Shown: positions 44,407-52,119 of the stretch, piece by piece
Numbering within the stretch: position 1 is the stretch's first letter
How the letters are laid out: every line of letters starts with the position of its first letter
Assembly: GCA_964444625.1 (NCBI GenBank)
Contig: CAYUHZ010000001.1
Coordinates: 1 to 52,119 of the forward strand
From: an uncultured Gammaproteobacteria bacterium
Lineage (GTDB): Bacteria; Patescibacteriota; Patescibacteriia; Patescibacteriales; GWC2-42-12
Reading direction: 5' to 3'
Length of the DNA: 52,119 nucleotides
Translations under genes and position numbers: made by a program
Notes under the pieces: model-generated
What the model was told of the DNA's origin: nothing
The model's input: the letters and a program-made list of their open reading frames with translations, nothing else
The model's database searches: none

Positions 44407-45402
44407 CTATAAATCAATTTTCTGGCTGATGTTTTGATTATAGTCGCAGTTGCGGCAAATTCCAACCTGCGGCTTGTCCCACAATACCGACTGGCGAAAA
44501 TTTTTGAAATTTTCCCCCTGCCAAATTTTTTTTACGCCGCCATCGCGAAAAATATTTCCGAAAATATATTTTTCAAACGGATCATAACAACAAGGCGCCA
44601 CATTGCCGTCGCTATTGATGTTCATTCCAAGCCAAATATTTTTGCAACCGAAAACTTTTTTCACCGGCTGGCTGTAGCGCGACCAACGTTTGTCCGTCGG
44701 TTCAAAATCCTTCAAGCGCCACCAATTGAGGTGCGAACCGAAAGTTTTGATGATCGCCCGGTCAAAGCCTGTGTTTTTGGCAAATTCTTTCAGCTTGGGC
44801 AAGTCGCTTTCATTATGCCTCATTAGAATAAACTGCAACTCTATTTTGGGATAGTTGCTGCTGTTAGCCTTCTTGGCTCTCGCGATATTTTCTACGCTGG
44901 CTATTATCTGATCGTAATTTGAACCTATGCGGTACCGGCTAAGGGTTTCCTGGCTCAAACCGTCCAAGGCGATTATCAGTTCATTCAAGCCGGAATCTAC
45001 GATAGCCTGGCTGGTTGCTTGGTCAAAAAAATGGCCATTGGTGCTGGTAACCACATAAACTCCTTTTTGTCTGGCATATTTTATCATCTCCGGCAATGAT
45101 TTATTCAAAAACGGCTCGCCCCAATTCCATAAGGTCAAGTGATAGAGATGCTTGCCAGACTCATCAATGATTTGTTGAAATTCTCTGAGGCTGAGCAAAC
45201 GTTTGGTTTTGTTGATTGAACCGTTGCCAGTGGGGCAAGTTGGGCATTTTAAATTGCAAAAATTAGCAGGCTCAATCATCAGCCTGATCGGCATCCCCCA
45301 TGGTTTGATTCTCCGGAGAAAAAAAGATAAAAAAGCCAAACAAGCATTGAGTTGCCGGCGCGGATGAGAAAAAATAAAACGTTTTAAAAAATCAATGCGC
45401 AT
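44407..45402 (-). CDS. Radical SAM enzyme with a SPASM/twitch-type C-terminal domain
   Basis: CNLKCPTCPTG provides CxxxCxxC. The C-terminal part is C-x12-G-x4-CC ... CRNC (FGCKNIWLGMNINSDGNVAPCCYD...GICRNCDY). Confidence 0.8.
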   Translation of the reverse strand: MRIDFLKRFIFSHPRRQLNACLAFLSFFLRRIKPWGMPIRLMIEPANFCNLKCPTCPTGNGSINKTKRLLSLREFQQIIDESGKHLYHLTLWNWGEPFLNKSLPEMIKYARQKGVYVVTSTNGHFFDQATSQAIVDSGLNELIIALDGLSQETLSRYRIGSNYDQIIASVENIARAKKANSSNYPKIELQFILMRHNESDLPKLKEFAKNTGFDRAIIKTFGSHLNWWRLKDFEPTDKRWSRYSQPVKKVFGCKNIWLGMNINSDGNVAPCCYDPFEKYIFGNIFRDGGVKKIWQGENFKNFRQSVLWDKPQVGICRNCDYNQNISQKIDL

Positions 45403-45414
45403 AAAAAATAAAAT

Positions 45415-46428
45415 TTAATTGGTGATACCTAAATATTTTTTAACTTGTCCGATTTCAGTTGACCACCTCTGTTTGTCTTGTGTTAAAAATTTTTTAATTC
45501 TTTCTTTCTGTGCCGGCTCTTGTTCAACCGCTTCTCGAATGCGCTGGCGCAATTCAGCCGGACTAGATTTCGTGAACAGGGCGACTTCGCCGTAATAATG
45601 CCGCAACACTTCGCTGTCGGAGGTAACAAAAGGTTTGTTCAAAGACATAATCTCCCTGATGGACCAAAGGACAGTATCTGCTCGTAAAGTAAAAGCCAGA
45701 ATTACTTTGCAACCGTACATTAATTTCAAAAACTCTTCATGAGGCAGATAATTGGTTAAACAAATATTTGCAGGGAGGTTTTCCGAATCTTTGGCGTATG
45801 GGCTTTCGTTGATATTGCCAGTAATAAAAAAATCGGCCTCAGGCATTAGTCTGGCAGTTTTTACTACGGTTAAAAAGTCGTCGTCATCGGCAAAACGGTT
45901 AACCATCATAATCGGCAAAGTTGACTGGCGCAACCTGTCTGCAATTTTTGTCTCTTTTAACGGTGCCTGTAATTTTTCAATCAAATATTCGGGATTATAA
46001 AACTGCAAAACCATTGACGGCTCAATTCCCCAATCTTTAAGAATGAGCAAGTTCTTATAGTTGTGGCAAGTATTCAAAACCGCCTTACGGGCTAAAAATT
46101 TAAACAACCAAAAAAAATTAATCCATTTTTGATCTCCGAATGCGGCGGTATGAGAATCAATCGCAAATTTCGCTCGGCAAAACAAGCAGTAGAGCCAAAC
46201 CACCAATAAAGCTACGGTTGGAGGATTCTGCACCAAGACGAGGGAAGGCTTACGTTTGAGCAAATAAAAAAAAGTGTAGACTGATTGAAAAAAATAACGC
46301 AATAACACCGGCAGGTTTATTCGACCTATTTTTTTAAAATATACTTGTTTTAATTCAGCGTCCAAGGCGGATGCTATGCTTGAGCTAAATACCAGTTCCC
46401 TGCCCCAAACAATAAAAACTCGGTTCAT
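45415..46428 (-). CDS. Glycosyltransferase, GT-B fold, ALG1/GT4-like
   Basis: 337 aa. VLVQNPPTVALL resembles the QNPPS/T block of ALG1-type mannosyltransferases. The C-terminal half is GT-B-like. The family assignment is tentative. Confidence 0.5.
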   Translation of the reverse strand: MNRVFIVWGRELVFSSSIASALDAELKQVYFKKIGRINLPVLLRYFFQSVYTFFYLLKRKPSLVLVQNPPTVALLVVWLYCLFCRAKFAIDSHTAAFGDQKWINFFWLFKFLARKAVLNTCHNYKNLLILKDWGIEPSMVLQFYNPEYLIEKLQAPLKETKIADRLRQSTLPIMMVNRFADDDDFLTVVKTARLMPEADFFITGNINESPYAKDSENLPANICLTNYLPHEEFLKLMYGCKVILAFTLRADTVLWSIREIMSLNKPFVTSDSEVLRHYYGEVALFTKSSPAELRQRIREAVEQEPAQKERIKKFLTQDKQRWSTEIGQVKKYLGITN

Positions 46429-46470
46429 AGAATTATTGCTAAATTTGGCTAATTATAATAATATAAATAT

Positions 46471-47892
46471 ATGAGAAAAAATTCCAACATTATCATCGCC
46501 TTTGCCATATTACTCGCGCTGATTTTATTGCCGATCGTGTTGCTTAATACCGATTGGAGTTATGCCTGGTTTTTGCCGCTTGCTCTTGTTCTGCTGATAA
46601 TCCTTTTGTTATGGGCAATGATTGATTTAGAAAATTGTTTTCTTTTTCTTCTGGCGATTCTGCCAACTGTCCATCATTTCAACTATTTAAAAATCAATAT
46701 CTTCTCTTTTTTTCCTTTGTTAAATGAGTTCCAAATATATGTCAATCCTGCGGCAATTATTTATTTATTGCTAATATTACTTGCTCTCTCAACTTGGTCA
46801 GATAACTGGCAAATTGCCCGCCAATTACCTTTAAGAAAAATCCTTATCGCAACAATGATATTTAGCATGTTTTCAATCGCCTGGTCTTCTTTTCCTCAGA
46901 CCAGTCTGGTGGAATTGGCTTACCTGCTGGTGCCTTTTGCCGTGTACTTATTAGCTTTCATCAAACTAGACTCTGAAAAATCATTAATTAAAGTCATAAT
47001 TGCCGTTATCCTTTCTTCTATTATACCGGTATTTGCCGCCTGTGCGCAAATCTTGACTGGCAACTACTATTATGAACAGGATTCATTCTTGGGCAGGTTA
47101 AACGGGACAATGGATCACCCCAATACATTTGGCCTGTATTTACTGGTTGTTATCGCTTTGCTAATAATTTTCTTTCTTGCCAAACAATCTAAAAAAATCA
47201 AAAAAAATAAGTTGCTGTTATTTTATCTGATTATCTTATCGGCGGTTTTCATACTGACCTACTCACGTACTTCCTGGCTGTGTTTCGCCCTATTTATTTC
47301 CCTGTTTGCTATTGCTGAAAAAACCATGGCGATTATACTATTGGCAGGCGCTCCAATCGCCTTATCGATTTACGCTTTTTCTGCTAATATCCAATATCGC
47401 GTCAATGAACTTTTTAGCCAAGCAATTTTTAACTCCTTTACTGCCAGGCAAAACATTTGGAAAATCGCCTGGGAAAAAATAACCGCCAGGCCGATTGTCG
47501 GCTATGGCGTTGGCACGGCCGAGCCGATTATTGACGCGGCCAAAGATTGGCGTGGTGGCGCGTCTTTACCGCATAACGACTATTTGTTGCAACAACTTGA
47601 GCTCGGCTTCATCGGTTTGCTCATGTATCTTAGTTATACCATCGGCTTGATTTATCAGACGGGAAAAACCTATATAAAACTTTTAAACAAGTACTCGGAA
47701 ATCAGGATCGGATATTTTGCGTTAGCGGTGAATTTTAAAGCTATAGCTTTCGGATTGCTCCTGTTGTTGATCGCTTTATTGCCGGCGACCTTTTTCGAAT
47801 CATTATCACAAAAAATTATTATACAAATAATAGCTTGGGCGAGCCTGGGCAGTTTGTTCGGCCTGACAAAAACATCACGCACTATCAATTAA
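46471..47892 (+). CDS. O-antigen ligase/O-oligosaccharyltransferase family (Wzy_C) membrane protein
   Basis: Polytopic. Contains TYSRTSWLCFALF and GYGVGT...LPHNDYLLQQLELGFIGLLMYL. Confidence 0.75.
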   Translation: MRKNSNIIIAFAILLALILLPIVLLNTDWSYAWFLPLALVLLIILLLWAMIDLENCFLFLLAILPTVHHFNYLKINIFSFFPLLNEFQIYVNPAAIIYLLLILLALSTWSDNWQIARQLPLRKILIATMIFSMFSIAWSSFPQTSLVELAYLLVPFAVYLLAFIKLDSEKSLIKVIIAVILSSIIPVFAACAQILTGNYYYEQDSFLGRLNGTMDHPNTFGLYLLVVIALLIIFFLAKQSKKIKKNKLLLFYLIILSAVFILTYSRTSWLCFALFISLFAIAEKTMAIILLAGAPIALSIYAFSANIQYRVNELFSQAIFNSFTARQNIWKIAWEKITARPIVGYGVGTAEPIIDAAKDWRGGASLPHNDYLLQQLELGFIGLLMYLSYTIGLIYQTGKTYIKLLNKYSEIRIGYFALAVNFKAIAFGLLLLLIALLPATFFESLSQKIIIQIIAWASLGSLFGLTKTSRTIN

Positions 47893-47922
47893 TATGAGGC
47901 ACTTATGCTTTGTTGCTGCTTT

Positions 47923-48864
47923 TTAAGCTTCAAGCATTTCTTCTCCCAAGATTCGGTCGGCAATTTGCCGGCAGTTTTTTTCTTTTGGAATCATGGCCTT
48001 AATAATCCTTTGCACAGTAAAACGCAACTCAGGCTTATGCCCCTTAAGCTCTAAATACTTGGTCATACTGACATAATCCTGAAATGAATACAGAACAGCT
48101 ATCAAAAACCCGTATTTTCCGTCCAAAAATCCCAAACGAATCAAATACATATAAATAAAGCGCAGGAACGGAGCAATAGACCAAAAATACCAATAATCTT
48201 TGATAATTGATTTGGCGTAGATATAATGAGTGAAAAACTTGCTCCAAACAATTACATGCTCTTCATGCTTGAACTTGAGCATATAGTTTGCTTGGTAGGT
48301 GGTATAACGATTAAACTTGCTAAAAAAATGATCAAGCGTTGGATCGCTGTAATGCATGATATCGCCTTTTAATTTCTTCACCCTGTCTTTGTGCAATATA
48401 ATATGGGCGTGAACATCGCGGTCTTCATAGCGGCAACTCTTTCTGAATAATCTGATGTTATAAAGCGGATAACGACCGCCCCAACGCAACCATTTGCCCA
48501 AAAAAATATGGGGCCTGGCAATGGCAAAACCGTCGTATTTTTCAATTTCCCCCGTAGATAACAACGCGATAATTTCTTCTTTTAATTCCGGAGTAATAAC
48601 CTCATCGCTATCAAGCAGCAAAACCCATTCATGCATGGCTTGAGGAATAGCCCAATTTTTTTGTTTGGAGCTGTAAATATATTCATGCTTTATTACCCGA
48701 GCCCCCAGCTGTTTGGCGATCTCAACGGTGCGATCGGCGCTGAATGAATCGACGACGAATATCTCGTCAGCCCAAAGAGCTGAATTAATGCAGCGGGCGA
48801 TATGCCTTTCTACATTGTAAGAAGGAATCAGAACTGTTAACTTAATTTTGCTTGCCATTTCCAT
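47923..48864 (-). CDS. Family 2 glycosyltransferase (WaaE/KdtX-like)
   Basis: LTVLIPSYNVERHI, VVDSFSADRT and LLLDSDE (DxD). Confidence 0.8.
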   Translation of the reverse strand: MEMASKIKLTVLIPSYNVERHIARCINSALWADEIFVVDSFSADRTVEIAKQLGARVIKHEYIYSSKQKNWAIPQAMHEWVLLLDSDEVITPELKEEIIALLSTGEIEKYDGFAIARPHIFLGKWLRWGGRYPLYNIRLFRKSCRYEDRDVHAHIILHKDRVKKLKGDIMHYSDPTLDHFFSKFNRYTTYQANYMLKFKHEEHVIVWSKFFTHYIYAKSIIKDYWYFWSIAPFLRFIYMYLIRLGFLDGKYGFLIAVLYSFQDYVSMTKYLELKGHKPELRFTVQRIIKAMIPKEKNCRQIADRILGEEMLEA

Positions 48865-48868
48865 GTAT

Positions 48869-49783
48869 TTATCTTCTTAATAAATTATTGATATCGCCTT
48901 GGAAATAATCGCCTTCATCCTGATTGGAGAAATTATCCAAATCATCTTCCTGAATCGGGTCATCCACTGACTGCCTGGCCGATTCCCTGTTTGGCGCGGT
49001 TTGATAAGGCCGCCAGCGCTCGCTGTATGGTTCGATAAATTCGCTGTAATTTCTTCTTGTCGCCTGAGAGAAAAATTCACTTTGCCGATTTGGCAAATGC
49101 CTGGTTGCCTCAACCGGGGTGGTAAATTTTGGCCTATTGCTTCTTCTGAATTCAAAATCTGGAAAAAGATAAATCAAGAAGATGCTGGCAGTAAAACCGA
49201 TAACGAGGGACAAGGCTAGGTTTAGAAAAATATTCGGCTTGATCGGAAAACGGGACACGATCGGACCATCGATTACCCTGATATCAACTTTCGTGCCCAA
49301 GCCATGGTATTGGCTATGTCGCAGTTTTAATGTATAAGCGATGGCTCGATTCAGCCTTTCGGCCATTATCTTGTCCTGATGATAAGTTATTACCACAATC
49401 ATGCCGGTATCAGAAATTGATTTAGCGGAAACCATTTTCTGCCATTGTTTTTTTCTAGTAATCGGGTCATCGGAAAAATCATCAGCGTTAATATTGTAAC
49501 CAGAATTGAGCGCATACTCAAAAAATGAACCTGAATAAATTACCTGTGACAAAATATTGCTCAAATACTGGTTTGAACGAGAGATGCTATAAGAATCAAG
49601 CACGGGACCGGTATTCTGGACTACCAATATCTTGCTTGTGGCGCGATACTTAAAAGTTTGCAAAGCGGTTACGGCTCCAATCAGCAAAACAGAAAGCGCT
49701 ATCAGGGTCCAGACAGTAGATTTCTTGGCTATAATTAAATTTTTTAATTGAATCAAATCCATAAATAATTGGTAAAAAATCAA
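48869..49783 (-). CDS. Wzz-like polysaccharide chain-length determinant protein with a disordered C-terminal tail
   Basis: Two TM helices flank a roughly 150-aa extracytoplasmic region, which is Wzz/CpsC topology. The last roughly 90 aa are low-complexity and charged. No kinase domain is present. Confidence 0.55.
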   Translation of the reverse strand: MIFYQLFMDLIQLKNLIIAKKSTVWTLIALSVLLIGAVTALQTFKYRATSKILVVQNTGPVLDSYSISRSNQYLSNILSQVIYSGSFFEYALNSGYNINADDFSDDPITRKKQWQKMVSAKSISDTGMIVVITYHQDKIMAERLNRAIAYTLKLRHSQYHGLGTKVDIRVIDGPIVSRFPIKPNIFLNLALSLVIGFTASIFLIYLFPDFEFRRSNRPKFTTPVEATRHLPNRQSEFFSQATRRNYSEFIEPYSERWRPYQTAPNRESARQSVDDPIQEDDLDNFSNQDEGDYFQGDINNLLRR

Positions 49784-50008
49784 TAAAAGACAATATCATA
49801 TTATTGATAAATTGTCAATATTGAAATTATTTTTAAAAATAGTACAATATTTATTAATGACGAACCTTTAAGAAAAATAATCCGACTTAATTAATTGGCA
49901 AATATTTTGCCTAAAATAAAGATAACGTTCCTATAAAATTTAATATAAGGCAAGTCAACCTCAAAAAATAATAACTTATCTAACAATAAAATCATTTATT
50001 AAAATTTT

Positions 50009-52119
50009 ATGAAAACCATGAAAACAATTTTTAGAAAGAAGAAAATGTTAGTCATCTATTCTGCCCTATTGCTTATTTTGGGTGGATATTTGGCTGCAAC
50101 TGTTTGGGCTGCACCAGGCGAGGGCACGGCCACTATAGGCGGCGGTGCAAGCCAGACAGTAGAAATTTCAACCTCGAATGTATTTACTGTTGTTTTAACA
50201 GTAGGAGAGGCTGGAATCGCCACTGATGCAGATAGTCCAACTTTTGCAATTCCGGCAGGATTTACCGCCCCTCATGCTAATGGTGGAGATCCTGTCCCAA
50301 CGCAAGTAGATGAAGTTGATGTTGATGGCGAGTGGTTCGCTGCTGGTGCAGGAGAAACTTGTGCTGTTGCAATGGGTTCATCAGGCGCGGCAGAGCAAAC
50401 TATCACAGTAGATGTAATCGGAGAATGCGCAAATAATGATACTATTACCTTGACTTACAAGGGTACTCCATCGTCTACTATGGCTGCAACATCCCTCGTA
50501 ATAACAACCGATGATGTTTTTGGTGGTGGCGCAGGCTCTGCCATTAGTTCTCCTCCTACTATTGCCGTAAAAGGCACTGCGGTTTTTGCAAACCATGCTA
50601 TAGGTGCTGTTGCTACTACAAATAACTTAGCAGGCAAAGCTAAAATAGGAGGGACTGATCTGGTGCTTGGCGGGTTTAAAATTACTGCCGCTGGTGAAAA
50701 TGTTAATGTTACAACAATCCGCACATCCGTAACATTTGGCTCAATGGTAAGCACCGAACTTACAAACTTAAGAATAGTGCCAGATGATGGAACTGGGGAA
50801 GGCGACCATGACGATGGTATTATGCACGCAGATGAACTTGCTGCTCCACTTGCAACAATCGAATTACCAGAAAGCGGAAATAATGACTTTACGGTTACAA
50901 ATACTGTTAATTCCAATGCTACAAAAAATTATTTTATCGTAGGTACTATAGCCGCTACAGTATCCGATGCTGATACTCTGGATATAGAAGCAACTGGTGC
51001 TGGCAGTGTCTCTGCTGGCGTTATTTCTTTGGCAACAATTACGCCGTCTGGAACAAGCGCCAATGGCCAACGAACCATTACCGATACAACCAAGCCAACA
51101 TTTGTTAGCGCTGTGGCGACAAGTAACACAAATATTCAAATAACTTTTTCGGAAGCTGTCACAGTTACAACTGCAGACGGAAGCGATTTTACTTCTACTG
51201 GCGATGATTTTGTCGCAACTGCCGCAGTTATAAACGCAGACCCAACAAAAGTCGATGTTACCGTCAATGCCTTAGGGAATACCGCTTTTACTTCAACTGA
51301 TTTAGATATCGCGGAAAATGCAGTTAAGGATACTAGTGCTGTTCCCAACGGAATACTTGAAACTCTTGATCGAACCATTGACGACGGCCAAGCTCCGGCT
51401 TTAACTGCTAAAGAAACAGGTGATGTAAATAGCAATGGTAAATTAGACAATATCAAATTAACATTTTCTGAAAGTATAGATAAATCAGATTTTACCAATA
51501 ATGACGCGTCTGGCTGGGCAGTCACCGGATATACAGTAGTGGAAGCGTGTTCAGCGGCAGATTGTTCTGACGCTGATATAACAGATGACGAAGACGGCAG
51601 CACAGTTTACTTGCAATTAATTGAACTTGGAACTGCAGATACTAGTGCAACGCCCAACGTTGCTTACACAGCTGGAACAATCAGCGATGCGAACGGGGTG
51701 GCTTTGGCAAGTATTGGCGCAGCAGCTTCAACTGATAAGGTCGGTCCTGCCATTTTTAGCGCCAGATCATTAACAACCACCACTGTAGAAGTAACTTTTT
51801 CTGAAGCAATTAGCGATGCATCAGTCGTTGCCGGTGATGTTACTTTTAATTTCTCTGATGCGGCAGCAGATGGTGTAGCTAGCCTATTTACAACCGGAAC
51901 AGCTAACGATAATAAGGGCGTATTTACAGTTCCAGGTGGCGCTATAGGAGTTGATGAAACAACCGGCACTGTCGCGATAAGTTTAGCAGGCGATATCTCT
52001 GATGGTTCAAACGTAAGCGTGCAAACAGGAACAATTACGGTTGATGATGGAATTGCTCCAACCCTGGAGATAACAATGAGTAAAACAGCCCTAAAAATTG
52101 GCGACACCTCAACTATCAC
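50009..52119 (+). CDS. Large secreted modular surface protein (S-layer/adhesin-like, Ig-like repeats), 3' end outside the window
   Basis: Not in the ORF track because it is open at the window end, so I translated it by hand. It begins MKTMKTIFRKKKMLVIYSALLLILGGYLAATVWA|APGEG (signal peptide). The composition is T/A/S/G/D-rich. Recurring module starts include TDTTKPTFVSAVATSNTNIQITFSEAV, DDGQAPALTAKE...IKLTFSESI, TDKVGPAIFSARSLTTTTVEVTFSEAI and DDGIAPTLEITMSK. Confidence 0.75.
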   Translation, partial: MKTMKTIFRKKKMLVIYSALLLILGGYLAATVWAAPGEGTATIGGGASQTVEISTSNVFTVVLTVGEAGIATDADSPTFAIPAGFTAPHANGGDPVPTQVDEVDVDGEWFAAGAGETCAVAMGSSGAAEQTITVDVIGECANNDTITLTYKGTPSSTMAATSLVITTDDVFGGGAGSAISSPPTIAVKGTAVFANHAIGAVATTNNLAGKAKIGGTDLVLGGFKITAAGENVNVTTIRTSVTFGSMVSTELTNLRIVPDDGTGEGDHDDGIMHADELAAPLATIELPESGNNDFTVTNTVNSNATKNYFIVGTIAATVSDADTLDIEATGAGSVSAGVISLATITPSGTSANGQRTITDTTKPTFVSAVATSNTNIQITFSEAVTVTTADGSDFTSTGDDFVATAAVINADPTKVDVTVNALGNTAFTSTDLDIAENAVKDTSAVPNGILETLDRTIDDGQAPALTAKETGDVNSNGKLDNIKLTFSESIDKSDFTNNDASGWAVTGYTVVEACSAADCSDADITDDEDGSTVYLQLIELGTADTSATPNVAYTAGTISDANGVALASIGAAASTDKVGPAIFSARSLTTTTVEVTFSEAISDASVVAGDVTFNFSDAAADGVASLFTTGTANDNKGVFTVPGGAIGVDETTGTVAISLAGDISDGSNVSVQTGTITVDDGIAPTLEITMSKTALKIGDTSTI

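Noticed and set aside
44332-45414. A RiPP precursor peptide gene next to the radical SAM/SPASM enzyme.
   Set aside because: The downstream 75 nt are occupied by two terminator hairpins of the convergent gene. Only 12 nt separate the enzyme from the upstream GT. No small ORF with a leader/core-like sequence is visible.
50381-52119. Six minus-strand ORFs (71-155 aa) listed in the ORF track.
   Set aside because: They are low-complexity (S/A/V/T-rich) mirror-frame shadows of an uninterrupted plus-strand reading frame of more than 700 codons. That frame has a signal peptide and repeat modules.
1-52119. CRISPR arrays, tRNA/rRNA genes, transposases, integrases, toxin-antitoxin pairs or known defence-system genes.
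   Set aside because: Apart from the array at 43145-43230, I saw no regularly spaced direct repeats. I also saw no cloverleaf-compatible sequences in the intergenic gaps and no recognisable nuclease, RT, integrase or ATPase defence signatures among the ORFs.

Overview
This looks like a low-GC, gene-dense chromosomal segment from a reduced-genome bacterium, probably Patescibacteria/CPR. That placement is an inference from gene content: DUF4012, a sigma-region-4/HARE-HTH protein, a shortened AlaRS and L13, and many glycosyltransferases. All three standard stop codons are used, so the code is standard (table 11). I saw no rRNA, tRNA, CRISPR array, transposase or integrase.

Gene content, left to right:
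- 1-9.4 kb: a glycan module with a UXS-like decarboxylase, a GT2 polyprenol-P-sugar synthase-like enzyme, a small membrane protein, three GT4 enzymes and two divergent GT-C-like polytopic proteins.
- 9.4-13.9 kb: a DUF4012 protein paired with a DUF11-like repeat envelope protein.
- 13.9-18.6 kb: tgt, mnmA and alaS.
- 18.6-22.7 kb: infA-rpmJ-rpsM-rpsK-rpsD-rpoA-rplQ-rplM-rpsI behind a perfect consensus promoter.
- 22.8-28.4 kb: a second glycan module (flippase, GT4, GT2, DUF192 lipoprotein, Wzy/WaaL-like protein).
- 28.5-35.1 kb: greA, lysS, a nucleotidyltransferase gene broken by one in-frame TAA, serS, an aminotransferase, a truncated Mur-ligase-like gene and an FtsQ-like gene.
- About 35.1-35.6 kb: gene orientation flips from mostly + to mostly -, and a 28-bp dif-like 11-6-11 palindrome sits in the gap.
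- 35.6-43.0 kb: an M23 peptidase, a tight thpR / TagA-Nudix fusion / small membrane protein / gltX operon, an orphan AmmeMemoRadiSam-type radical SAM enzyme and a sigma4-HARE-HTH protein.
- 43.1-44.4 kb: a compositionally foreign GC-rich mini-cassette.
- 44.4-52.1 kb: a third glycan module (radical SAM/SPASM, GT, Wzy/WaaL-like, GT2, Wzz-like) next to a large modular surface protein that runs off the window.

The items most worth a second look:
- the GC-rich cassette with iteron-like repeats
- RpoA lacking an alpha-CTD and ending in an AT-hook
- the radical-SAM-containing glycan cluster beside the S-layer-like gene
- the TagA-Nudix fusion operon
- a Tgt that has lost all four zinc ligands
- the putative terminus/dif site
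- two in-frame TAA interruptions

I found no clearly novel defence-type or mobile system. All family assignments come from motif recognition by eye and need HMM or structure confirmation.
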